Shown: positions 1 through 8,221 of the stretch, in pieces
Layout of the letters: each line of letters opens with the position of its first letter
Numbering within the stretch: position 1 is the first letter of the stretch
Assembly (NCBI GenBank): GCA_023336765.1
Contig: JAMBLL010000087.1
Location: 1-24,874, forward strand
Reading direction: 5' to 3'
DNA length: 24,874 bases
Source of the DNA: Actinomycetes bacterium
Lineage (GTDB): Bacteria; Actinomycetota; Acidimicrobiia; Spongiisociales; UBA5794
The notes under the pieces: model-generated
Seen by the model: only the letters and a program-made list of their open reading frames with translations
Told to the model about the DNA's origin: nothing
The model's database searches: none
Program-made: the position numbers and the translations under genes

Positions 1-218
1 ACCTGTTCGAGGATGGGCGCGACATTGTCGACCTTGTCCTTGTACTGGGCGTACTTGTCGAGGACAGCGTCCTTCGACGGTTCAAGCACCGCGTCGAGGC
101 GTCTCAGGACGACCAGAGGCAGGATGACCTTCTGGTAATCCGACTGCGTGTAGTCCCCACGAAGCAATTCCGCGATCGACCACACGAACGCTCCATGATT
201 GTTCACCGTCTCGGCCAA
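1..218 (-). CDS. hsdM: Type I restriction-modification methyltransferase subunit M, N-terminal fragment (continues beyond window start)
   Basis: Manual translation of the minus strand from TTG at 218 gives MAETVNNHGAFVWSIAELLRGDYTQSDYQKVILPLVVLRRLDAVLEPSKDAVLDKY..., the typical HsdM N-terminal pattern (W.IA.LLRG.Y....Y..VILP..VLRRLD.VL). GGAGG lies 5 nt upstream of the TTG. The frame is open to the window edge. Alternative start is GTG at 206. Confidence 0.88.
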   Translation of the reverse strand, partial: MAETVNNHGAFVWSIAELLRGDYTQSDYQKVILPLVVLRRLDAVLEPSKDAVLDKYAQYKDKVDNVAPILEQ

Positions 219-327
219 AAGGTCCTCCCACGATCGATACGCCCAGCGCTCGCAAGAGTAGCCACGGGGTGCGACGAGAATTGGAGGCGGGATCCAGAGT
301 GCCGTTGGGCGACGTGTCGTAGGCGCA

Positions 328-342
328 TGGGATGCTGGTGAG
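328..342 (+). promoter_or_regulatory. Putative extended -10 element of a leaderless promoter for X1
   Basis: TG-g-GATGCT followed by 6 nt and then ATG 343. The same geometry is found upstream of paralog X2. Confidence 0.35.
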
Positions 343-1278
343 ATGAGTAGCCTGTCACACACGTCGAGAAGGAGGCGCAACGTCTCACAAGCACCCAGAG
401 CCAAATTGACGATCAGCTTGGACGCTGAACGCGATGGCGCGATCCCACTCGCTGAGCTTGCGGGCATCGCGTCAAGCGTCCAGGAGACTGTCAACCAGAT
501 CGTACGGTCGCTCAATTCCCGCTCGGGCGCTGGTCGTTCGACTGATCTTCTCAAGAGCCTGTCCTTCCTTGAAGCCGTCGGTATCGAGAAGGGGAGCGCG
601 ATCCTTACGATTGAAGCGCCCCACGATATGGAGCAGTTTTCGATCGAATACGATGCAAATGACTCGGGCGTGCAAGCTGTTGAGCTCTTCGTGGAATCAT
701 TGGCGGCACTTGGTGAGGGTCATGCTCCGCCTGGCAAGATCGGTAAGCCTGCGACGAAGTCCCTCGGACACTTTGTCAGATCAGTCAGGAGCCACAAGAG
801 GGTCCGAGTCGAATCTACCGTCGCTGGCACGGTGAAGACGAGCGAATTCGTGCCTGATCTTGTGGCCGCTCCGCCTCGGGTCCTAGTCGAGCCTCCAACG
901 TCGGAGGACGCGGTGGAACTCGTGGGAACGTTGTACGGGGCAGATGTGCGGCGCCATCAATACAGGATTGAAGACGACCAGGGGCACACCCGCTACCTCT
1001 CTGTGCCAGCGGACGTTGATGATGTAACAATCGTGAGGACACTGCTTGGCGAACCCGTCCGTGTGCGCGCTGTTTCCGATCCAGTCGAAGCCGGTCCCGA
1101 TCATTTTGTTGCGAAATCGATCGTCGGTGCGAAACCAAGGTATATGGACGAGTATTACTCGTGGGATCTCGAAACGGCCCTAGCAGGAGTTGAGCCGATC
1201 AAGAGCCTCGATGACCTTGCCATTCCCGGTCTCGATGGCGAAGAATTCGAGGCGTTCTGGGCGGCGGTGAACGAGTGA
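343..1278 (+). CDS. Uncharacterised protein X1 (311 aa) with a C-terminal VapB-like antitoxin tail
   Basis: Long ORF whose stop overlaps the PIN gene start (GTGA, 1275-1278). It is a colinear paralog of 11151..12041. The acidic amphipathic C-terminus GVEPIKSLDDLAIPGLDGEEFEAFWAAVNE resembles small actinobacterial antitoxins that precede PIN genes (recollection, not searched). Confidence 0.8.
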   Translation: MSSLSHTSRRRRNVSQAPRAKLTISLDAERDGAIPLAELAGIASSVQETVNQIVRSLNSRSGAGRSTDLLKSLSFLEAVGIEKGSAILTIEAPHDMEQFSIEYDANDSGVQAVELFVESLAALGEGHAPPGKIGKPATKSLGHFVRSVRSHKRVRVESTVAGTVKTSEFVPDLVAAPPRVLVEPPTSEDAVELVGTLYGADVRRHQYRIEDDQGHTRYLSVPADVDDVTIVRTLLGEPVRVRAVSDPVEAGPDHFVAKSIVGAKPRYMDEYYSWDLETALAGVEPIKSLDDLAIPGLDGEEFEAFWAAVNE

Positions 1279-1700
1279 GCTCCAACCAAGATGCGGTGAT
1301 AGTCGATACGAACGTGTTCTCGGCGAGCCTGCGTCAAGTCTCCAGTGAACTCACTGACCTGTACAGATCCGACGTGAGAGACGTGAGGCTCATTATCTCC
1401 TTTCAGACTGCCGCAGAAATCCGTTACGGCGCAGCTAAGGCAGGATGGGGTCAACCCAGAATTGAGGCCATGAATCGGAAGCTCGCTGTTGCCGTGACAG
1501 TACCCCCGTGGGATGAACTCGTGAAGGAATGGGCGAGACTCCGAGTTGAATGCCAGCGAACTGGCCACGCCTTCCATGCCAAGAGACATGCGGCTGACCT
1601 CTGGGTTGCTGCGACGGCGACGCTTCTGAGCCTTCCCCTCGTTACTCACGATGCGGGCTTCCGTGGCGTTCCTGGACTCGACGTCATCTGTCACGTCTGA
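1275..1700 (+). CDS. vapC: PIN-domain (VapC-family) ribonuclease toxin
   Basis: 141 aa. Motifs VIVDTNVFS, ISFQTAAEIRYG, ADLWVAATA and LPLVTHDAGF supply the conserved acidic residues D11, E48, D108 and D126. Confidence 0.9.
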   Translation: MSSNQDAVIVDTNVFSASLRQVSSELTDLYRSDVRDVRLIISFQTAAEIRYGAAKAGWGQPRIEAMNRKLAVAVTVPPWDELVKEWARLRVECQRTGHAFHAKRHAADLWVAATATLLSLPLVTHDAGFRGVPGLDVICHV

Positions 1701-1736
1701 ACACGGGGCCCTTGTCAATCGAACGCCCGGAATTCC

Positions 1737-2924
1737 TTACAGGATTCCTAGTTCGCGGATGAGGACGAGCATGGCGGCTCCGTGTTCCTCTGCGCGGTCG
1801 ACGGTGCCGTAGACGACCTGGGTGCGGGGGTCGTGGGCCGGGCCCGCCCGCGCCACCATCTCGCTGCGGGTTGATTCGAGAAAGGCCTCGCCCAGTTGCG
1901 TCACGGGGCCACACACGACGACGGTCTTGACGTCAAGGATGCCCGTTGCCATCGCGAGAACAGTCCCGAGTCCTTTGCCACCGTTGTCGACCATTTCGAT
2001 AGCGTCACCGTCACCGGCTGCCAGTCGTCTCGCGGTCTCTCTGAATACCGTTCCGGAGTCGACGAAACTCGGATCGCCGATACCCAAATGCCTCGCGAAT
2101 GCCACCGCTGACGTTACGTCTTCGATCGTTCCATGCCCACCGTTACCGAACGGTGACGCGAGAATCGAGATGTGCCCGATCTCACCTGCCGCAAACCCCT
2201 CACCAGCAAAGGGACGACCATCGACGATCACCCCCATTCCAACACCGGTGCCGATCTTGATGGCGAGCAGGTCGTTCGTTTGATGAGCGCCGAGGGAGTG
2301 CTCTGCGAGGGCTATCGCGTTGGCATCGTTCGCCACGTGAGTTGGGATCGAGAAGTGCTCCGTGAGCAGTTCCCCAACCTCAGCGCCGTGCCAATCGATC
2401 ATCGTTGCCTCCCTAACCATCCCATCGGGAGTCACGGTGCCGGGAGTCGCGATGCCAATGCCAAGCACATGCTCAGGCGTCGAATCGATCAGCTCGCCGA
2501 CGAACTCCCGTAGAGCATCGATCGCAGGTGCTCCTCGACGCCCGGCACTGTTCACGGTTGTCGACCGGATGATCCGGCGACGAAGCGTCAAGAGAGAACC
2601 AGTCCAGCGGCTCGCCCCAAGCCTGACAGTGATGAGATGGTGTGAGTCCTCAGCGATGGCCAAGAGGGTCGGCGGTTTCCCTCCGCCTGAGGGCGCGGTT
2701 CCCACTTCGAGGACGAGACCCTCATCGAGAAGGTCGCTGACGATCTCTGACACCGTGGCCCGAGTCAAGCCGGTCGTGCGGGAAACGTCGGCTCGTGACG
2801 TGGACGGATTGCCGTAGATGCACTGCAGCACGAAGCGGCGATTCTGGATCTTCGAATCCGTGCGCGTCGCTTTCTTGTCAACCCGAAGGCCACCGCGTGC
2901 TTCAGAGTGCTCGTACAGAGACAT
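1737..2924 (-). CDS. ROK-family (NagC/XylR-like) transcriptional repressor
   Basis: N-terminal wHTH (SRADVSRTTGLTRATVSEIVSDLLDEGLV, GGGKPP) and ROK motifs GIGIATPG, NDANAIALAE, GTGVGMG and AGEIGHI. Divergent from a sugar ABC operon. ATG 2924 is preferred to TTG 2936 because 2936 lies inside the predicted -10 box. Confidence 0.92.
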   Translation of the reverse strand: MSLYEHSEARGGLRVDKKATRTDSKIQNRRFVLQCIYGNPSTSRADVSRTTGLTRATVSEIVSDLLDEGLVLEVGTAPSGGGKPPTLLAIAEDSHHLITVRLGASRWTGSLLTLRRRIIRSTTVNSAGRRGAPAIDALREFVGELIDSTPEHVLGIGIATPGTVTPDGMVREATMIDWHGAEVGELLTEHFSIPTHVANDANAIALAEHSLGAHQTNDLLAIKIGTGVGMGVIVDGRPFAGEGFAAGEIGHISILASPFGNGGHGTIEDVTSAVAFARHLGIGDPSFVDSGTVFRETARRLAAGDGDAIEMVDNGGKGLGTVLAMATGILDVKTVVVCGPVTQLGEAFLESTRSEMVARAGPAHDPRTQVVYGTVDRAEEHGAAMLVLIRELGIL

Positions 2925-2947
2925 ATGTTCAGTCAACTTACGAACTA
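2924..2947. promoter_or_regulatory. Putative ROK operator 1, overlapping the repressor -10 box and start codon
   Basis: TATGTTCAGTCAACTTACGAACTA. The first 12 nt match 3012-3023 at 11/12 positions. It is an imperfect inverted repeat resembling XylR-type ROK operators. Confidence 0.6.
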
Positions 2948-2964
2948 TGATGGGAGTTTGTCAA
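2935..2964 (-). promoter_or_regulatory. sigma70/HrdB-type promoter of the ROK gene
   Basis: On the minus strand, TTGACA (2964-2959), an 18-nt spacer, then TAAGTT (2940-2935). Confidence 0.7.
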
Positions 2965-2977
2965 ATCTGACCAAAAC
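2956..2977. promoter_or_regulatory. Putative third operator, overlapping the -35 of the ROK promoter
   Basis: Imperfect inverted repeat GTTTGTCA-aatc-TGACCAAAAC. Confidence 0.4.
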
Positions 2978-2988
2978 CGTGATACAAC

Positions 2989-3017
2989 TTGACTCACGCC
3001 AGAAGCGGATGTATGTT
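2989..3017 (+). promoter_or_regulatory. sigma70/HrdB-type promoter of the sugar ABC operon
   Basis: TTGACT (2989-2994), a 17-nt spacer, then TATGTT (3012-3017). Confidence 0.7.
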
Positions 3018-3035
3018 TAGTCACTGAGCAAAGTA
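3012..3035. promoter_or_regulatory. Putative ROK operator 2, overlapping the operon -10 box
   Basis: TATGTTTAGTCACTGAGCAAAGTA aligns with operator 1 (consensus TATGTTyAGTCA-N5-CnAAnTA). Confidence 0.6.
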
Positions 3036-3126
3036 GATAGAAGAGACGGCGGATTCGTCATGGTCCGCCGAACGGTGAACAATACGCTCACAGGAGACCC
3101 AGCACAGCTGGTTGGAAAGGAACGCA

Positions 3127-4464
3127 ATGACTCGAAAGATCAAATGGATGGCCGGATTCATCGCACTGTTGCTTGTAGCAGCAGCGTGTAGCAGCGATTC
3201 GACCGACACCACCGTAGCCGCCGAAGGGGGCACGGAAACCACAGTTGCCGCAGACACAGGCGGCGCCACTGCTTCGGGCGAGCTCGTCATCGAGAGCTGG
3301 CGCAACGACGACCTTGCTATTTGGGAGGATGTCATCATCCCGGCGTTCAACGCTGAGTTCCCTGACATCAAGGTGACCTTTGCACCTACGGCCCCTGCCG
3401 AGTACAACGCATCGCTCCAGGCCAAGCTCGACGGTGGGACTGCAGGCGACCTGATCACATGTCGCCCGTTCGACGCATCGTTGGATCTCTTTGACGCTGG
3501 AAACCTCGCTGACATCACCAACCTCGCAGGTATGGAGAACTTCAGTAGCGTTGCCCAGTCGGCATGGATTACGGATGATGGTTCGGCGAAGTTCTGTGTT
3601 CCGATGGCTTCCGTGATTCACGGCTTCATCTACAACGCAGATGCGTTCGCCGAAGTTGGCGTTGAGGTCCCGACCACTGAGGATGAGTTCTTCGCAGTGC
3701 TCGATGCCATCAAGGCTGACGGAACCTACGATGCATTGGCCATGGGTTCAGTCGACCAGTGGGAATCCGCAACCATGGGATTCCAGAACATCGGGCCGAA
3801 CTACTGGGCTGGTGAAACGGGCCGTATCGGCCTGATTGAGGGTACGGAGAAGTTCACCGACCAGCAGTACGTGGATACGTTCGCAACGCTCGCCAAGTGG
3901 AGTGACTACATGCCCGACGGGTATGAAGCAGTTGCATATCCAGACTCACAGGCTCTGTTCACCCTTGGTGGTGCGGCGATCTATCCCGCCGGATCCTGGG
4001 AGATCGGACTGTTCAACGAGCAGGCCGAGTTCGCAATGGGTGCATTCCTGCCGCCAGTCAAGACGGCCGGGGACACGTGCTACATCTCCGACCACACGGA
4101 CATCGCTCTTGGGATGAACCCGGCCACGGAGAATTCGGCGGCAGCCGAGACATTCCTGACCTGGGTTGCTTCGGCAGACTTCGCGTCTCTGTACGCGAAC
4201 TCCCTGCCTGGCTTCTTCAGCCTCTCGAACCACGAGGTGACGATGGAAGACCCGCTTGCACAGGAATTCCTGTCCTGGCGCGGTCAGTGCGAATCCACGA
4301 TCCGCAACTCCTATCAGATCCTGTCCCGCGGTGAGCCAAACCTCGAGAACGAACTCTGGGCCGCCAGCGCCAGCGTCCTCAACGGAACGCTGACTCCTGA
4401 GGCAGCCACAGTTGTCCTCCAAGAGGGCCTCGAGCAGTGGTACCCACCACAGCAGAATGGCTGA
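3127..4464 (+). CDS. Carbohydrate ABC transporter (CUT1) solute-binding lipoprotein, possibly amino-sugar specific
   Basis: AAAGGA RBS 5 nt before ATG 3127, lipobox LVAAA-C, Thr/Ala-rich linker, family-1 SBP body followed by two permease genes. The sequence strongly recalls S. meliloti SMc02873 (from memory). Confidence 0.92.
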   Translation: MTRKIKWMAGFIALLLVAAACSSDSTDTTVAAEGGTETTVAADTGGATASGELVIESWRNDDLAIWEDVIIPAFNAEFPDIKVTFAPTAPAEYNASLQAKLDGGTAGDLITCRPFDASLDLFDAGNLADITNLAGMENFSSVAQSAWITDDGSAKFCVPMASVIHGFIYNADAFAEVGVEVPTTEDEFFAVLDAIKADGTYDALAMGSVDQWESATMGFQNIGPNYWAGETGRIGLIEGTEKFTDQQYVDTFATLAKWSDYMPDGYEAVAYPDSQALFTLGGAAIYPAGSWEIGLFNEQAEFAMGAFLPPVKTAGDTCYISDHTDIALGMNPATENSAAAETFLTWVASADFASLYANSLPGFFSLSNHEVTMEDPLAQEFLSWRGQCESTIRNSYQILSRGEPNLENELWAASASVLNGTLTPEAATVVLQEGLEQWYPPQQNG

Positions 4465-4471
4465 TCGATAG

Positions 4472-5389
4472 GTGACAGCCACGTCCACGAACACTGACGT
4501 AGTCAGGGGAACCTCCGCCAGGCGGCGGAGGTTCCCCCGTCACGTCATTGTGTTCCTTGGCCCCGCCCTGATCGTGTACACCGTCTTTATGGTGTACCCG
4601 CTCCTTGACTCACTACGCCTCAGCTTCTTCTCTGATGAGGGGACGTTCGTTGGATTGTCGAACTTCGCTGAACTCCTCCCTGGAGGCAGCCTCTCGTCCT
4701 CGTTCTGGAACGCCCTCGGAAACAATCTCGTGTTCTTCGGATTCCATCTCCTCATCCAGAACCCGGTTGGCCTCTTCCTCGCGGTCCTCCTCACGCAACA
4801 GCTTCTCAAGAGGGGTCGCGGCACCTACCGCACGCTCATCTTCGCCCCCACCGTCCTGTCCGTCGTCATCGTCGGGTTCATCTGGCAGTTGATCCTGTCG
4901 CCTCTTTGGGGAGTGGTGTCGACACCACTGCTCGGTCTCACATCAACAGCGTTGCCCACCCTCTCGATGATGTCGGTGTGGCAGTTCGTGGGTATCCCGA
5001 TGATGTTCTTCTATGCGGTCCTTGTCGGCATACCCGATGACCTCATCGAGGCAGCCCGTGTCGATGGAGCCAACGGCTGGCAGATCTTCTGGAGGATCAT
5101 CTTCCCCCTCCTTCTCCCGATGCTCGGCATCATCTCGATCATCACCTACATCGCGAACCTGAACGCGTTCGACCTCATCTACAGCGTCCAGGGAGCACTC
5201 GCCGGCCCCGAGTTCTCAACCGACATCATGGGAACGCTCTTCTATCGATCGTTCTTCGGATTCCAGTTGCAGTCCGGTTCCACTGCGACCGGTGCGACTG
5301 TTGCAACAGCGATGTTCCTCGTCATCCTCGCCGGCGTACTCATCTACCTCTTTGCATGGGTCCGACGTGTGGAGACGTACGAACTATGA
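4472..5389 (+). CDS. Carbohydrate ABC transporter permease (MalF-like)
   Basis: Multiple transmembrane segments and the EAA loop LIEAARVDGANGWQIFWRI. Confidence 0.93.
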   Translation: MTATSTNTDVVRGTSARRRRFPRHVIVFLGPALIVYTVFMVYPLLDSLRLSFFSDEGTFVGLSNFAELLPGGSLSSSFWNALGNNLVFFGFHLLIQNPVGLFLAVLLTQQLLKRGRGTYRTLIFAPTVLSVVIVGFIWQLILSPLWGVVSTPLLGLTSTALPTLSMMSVWQFVGIPMMFFYAVLVGIPDDLIEAARVDGANGWQIFWRIIFPLLLPMLGIISIITYIANLNAFDLIYSVQGALAGPEFSTDIMGTLFYRSFFGFQLQSGSTATGATVATAMFLVILAGVLIYLFAWVRRVETYEL

Positions 5390-6246
5390 CGGTGCAAACG
5401 GCAGCCACGGGCACCGGTCGAGGGCGACGCCGCGTCGCGAAGTCGAGCATCTACGTCCTTCTCACCCTCTACACGATGCTCGCGCTCGGCCCGATCGCAC
5501 TGATCGTGATGAATTCTTTCAAGACACGCAAGGCGATCTTCGACTCACCATTTTCGATTCCGAACGCTGAGTCGTTCAGCCTCAAGGGCTACGAAACGGT
5601 TTGGGAACGGGCCAACTTCCCGAGGTATTTCTTCAACAGCATCACCGTCACTGTTGTCACCGTTGCACTGGTGCTCCTCCTTGGCGCTGCGGCGGCGTAC
5701 GCCCTTGCGGAGTACAGGTTCATGGGGAACACGTTCCTCACCCTGTTCCTCGCTGTCGGCGTGATGATCCCGATCAGGCTCGGCACCGTGTCGATCCTCA
5801 AGCTGATGGTGTCCCTTAGCCTCGTCAACACCCTGTTCGCGTTGATCCTTGTATACGTGGCGATGGGGATACCTCTCGCTGTGTTCATTCTCGCGCAATT
5901 TTTCAGGCAGGTGCCAGGGGAACTCAAGGATGCCGCACGCATCGATGGTGCGAGCGAATACAGGGTGTTCTCGCTCGCCCTGCCCCTCGTCAAACCCGGG
6001 CTTGCTGCCGTAGCCGTCTTCACGATGCTTCCCGTCTGGAACGACCTGTGGTTCCCGCTGATCCTCGCCCCCGGGGAGTCGACCAAGACGGTCACCCTTG
6101 GTGTGCAACTCTTCCTCGGTCAGTTCGTGTCCGACTGGCAGGCGGTCCTTGCCGCGCTGACCTTGGCCGCGATCCCGATCCTCATCCTCTATGTCATCTT
6201 TTCGAAGCAGATGCTGAGCGGCATCACCCAGGGTGGGGTGAAGTGA
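5386..6246 (+). CDS. Carbohydrate ABC transporter permease (MalG-like)
   Basis: ATGA overlap with the upstream permease, EAA loop ELKDAARIDGASEYRVF, and the WNDLWFPL motif. Start trimmed from 5356 to ATG 5386. Confidence 0.93.
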   Translation: MTVQTAATGTGRGRRRVAKSSIYVLLTLYTMLALGPIALIVMNSFKTRKAIFDSPFSIPNAESFSLKGYETVWERANFPRYFFNSITVTVVTVALVLLLGAAAAYALAEYRFMGNTFLTLFLAVGVMIPIRLGTVSILKLMVSLSLVNTLFALILVYVAMGIPLAVFILAQFFRQVPGELKDAARIDGASEYRVFSLALPLVKPGLAAVAVFTMLPVWNDLWFPLILAPGESTKTVTLGVQLFLGQFVSDWQAVLAALTLAAIPILILYVIFSKQMLSGITQGGVK

Positions 6247-7208
6247 GCCTCCGGGTTGGGTTGGTTGGTGCAGGGAACATGGCAGGCGTCCATGCCGATG
6301 CCTGGGCCACGACGCCTGACCGTATCGTTGCCGTGTTCGATCCCGATCGTGAAAGGGCTTCGAAACTTGCTGCCGAGTCTGGTGCCGTCGTCGCTGATGA
6401 TTTTGAGAGCCTCGCCGGGATGGTCGATGTCGTTGATATCTGTGCTCCCACCCATACCCACGCAAGCTACATCGCCGCGGCCGCCGATGCTCGAGTTGAT
6501 ATCGTGTGTGAGAAGCCCCTCGCACGCACCGCGGCCGAGGCTCGCGATGCAGTCGCTGTGTGTGAGGCAGCGGGTGTTCGGCTGCTTGTCGGCCACGTCG
6601 TGCGTTTCTTCCCCGAATACGCTGCGGCACGCGACGCTGTCGTGGCTGGTGACATCGGCTCCGTTGGTGTGGTCCGTCTCGACCGTTCGACCTATCTGCC
6701 AGCAGGTGCTTCGTCGTGGTTCAGTGACCGGTCCAAGTCCGGCGGTGTTGTGCTCGACCTGATGATCCATGATGTGGACTATGCGCGCTGGGTTGCGGGC
6801 GACGTAGAGCGGGTCTATGCCAGGAGCGCTGGTGGTGGGGACCATGTGCTTGCGACGCTCAGCCACACCAACGGTGCCATCAGCCACATCCAGGCATCGT
6901 GGGCATACCCGATGGGTTCGTTCCGTGCAGCTTTCGAGATAGCGGGCTCCGATGGCCTCATCCAGCGTCATGTTGCCGTACCGTTTGAAGCGAGTGTCGA
7001 GGCAAGTGACGACGTGTCGGACGTTCCCCAGCCCCCTTCGTCATCGACAGAGTCGCCGTACATCACGGAGATCCGGCACTTCTCATCGGTACTCCACGGG
7101 TCAGGTGAGCCACGGGTCACGGCTGACGACGGTGCCAGGGCCGTTGCCATCTGTGACGGTATTGCAGAGTCGCTTATGACGAACCGGGCAGTGGAGGTTG
7201 GACCATGA
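6243..7208 (+). CDS. Gfo/Idh/MocA family NAD(P)-dependent oxidoreductase
   Basis: GTGA overlap at 6243-6246. Motifs VGLVGAGNMA, CEKP, GHVVRF and GGVVLDLMIHDVD. Start trimmed from 6048. Confidence 0.92.
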   Translation: MSLRVGLVGAGNMAGVHADAWATTPDRIVAVFDPDRERASKLAAESGAVVADDFESLAGMVDVVDICAPTHTHASYIAAAADARVDIVCEKPLARTAAEARDAVAVCEAAGVRLLVGHVVRFFPEYAAARDAVVAGDIGSVGVVRLDRSTYLPAGASSWFSDRSKSGGVVLDLMIHDVDYARWVAGDVERVYARSAGGGDHVLATLSHTNGAISHIQASWAYPMGSFRAAFEIAGSDGLIQRHVAVPFEASVEASDDVSDVPQPPSSSTESPYITEIRHFSSVLHGSGEPRVTADDGARAVAICDGIAESLMTNRAVEVGP

Positions 7209-8179
7209 CCAGAGTCGGAATCGTCGGCCTCGCCCATGTCCACGCCGCCGCTTACGCCGCGATCCTGACAGACCTGGATGATGTAGAGCTCGTCGGGGTC
7301 TCGGAACCTCGACCTGAGCTTCGAAATGGCTGGACGTCGAGTGATGTGTTCGATGACATCGACGCCCTGATCCGGGCCAGGGTTGATGCTGTCATCGTGT
7401 GCACACAGACGAACGAGCATCTCGCGGCTGTGAGGCACCTCGCAGACGCCGGTGTTGATGTGTTGTGTGAGAAGCCGCTGGCAACGACCGTCGACGACGC
7501 CAGGGAGATCGTGGAAGTCTGCGATCGCGCCGGGGTCAAGCTGATGACCGCCTTCCCGATGCGTTTCAGCCCCCCGCTTATCGAAGGGGCGCAATGGATC
7601 GATGAACGGCGCGCAGGCTCGGTCCTGGCGTTCATGGGAACGAACAACGGTCGAATCCCGACCGACCATGCAGCATGGTTCGCTGACCCCGTTGCAGCAG
7701 GTGGTGGAGCGGTTATGGACCATGTTGTCCATCTTGTTGACATCATGGCATGGTGGCTTGGGGCAGAACCGATCGAAGTGTATGCGGACATCAACAAGGT
7801 GTTCCACCCTGAGGTGCTCGTCGAGACCGGTGGTGTTGTGACGATCACTTTCGACGACGGTGTCATCGGAACGATCGATTGCTCGTGGAGTCGACCTGAC
7901 AACTACCCGGTTTGGGGTGGACTCACGATCGAGACCCTGGGAACCGAGGGTGTGTTCGCTATCGATGCCTTCGCCGAACGTCTCGAGATGTGGTCGCGGG
8001 GAACATCGACCTGGGTCGACTGGGGTCATGATCCGAATCGGTCGATGATCGAACACTTCATTGGTGCGGTCCGCGGTGACCACAGCCTTGCTGTCACCGG
8101 CGTTGATGGATTGCGCGCAACTGAAGTTGCTCTCGGCACCTATCGATCAGCGATCGCCGGTCAGCCGGTAGAAGTGTGA
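7205..8179 (+). CDS. Second Gfo/Idh/MocA family oxidoreductase
   Basis: ATGA overlap. Motifs LCEKPLA, AFPMRF and GGAVMDHVVH. The Rossmann glycine motif is atypical (GIVGLAHVH). Confidence 0.9.
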   Translation: MTRVGIVGLAHVHAAAYAAILTDLDDVELVGVSEPRPELRNGWTSSDVFDDIDALIRARVDAVIVCTQTNEHLAAVRHLADAGVDVLCEKPLATTVDDAREIVEVCDRAGVKLMTAFPMRFSPPLIEGAQWIDERRAGSVLAFMGTNNGRIPTDHAAWFADPVAAGGGAVMDHVVHLVDIMAWWLGAEPIEVYADINKVFHPEVLVETGGVVTITFDDGVIGTIDCSWSRPDNYPVWGGLTIETLGTEGVFAIDAFAERLEMWSRGTSTWVDWGHDPNRSMIEHFIGAVRGDHSLAVTGVDGLRATEVALGTYRSAIAGQPVEV

Positions 8180-8221
8180 ACCGTAGCCAGGACCCTGTGT
8201 CGGACCGGGCAGGCCCGTTCC

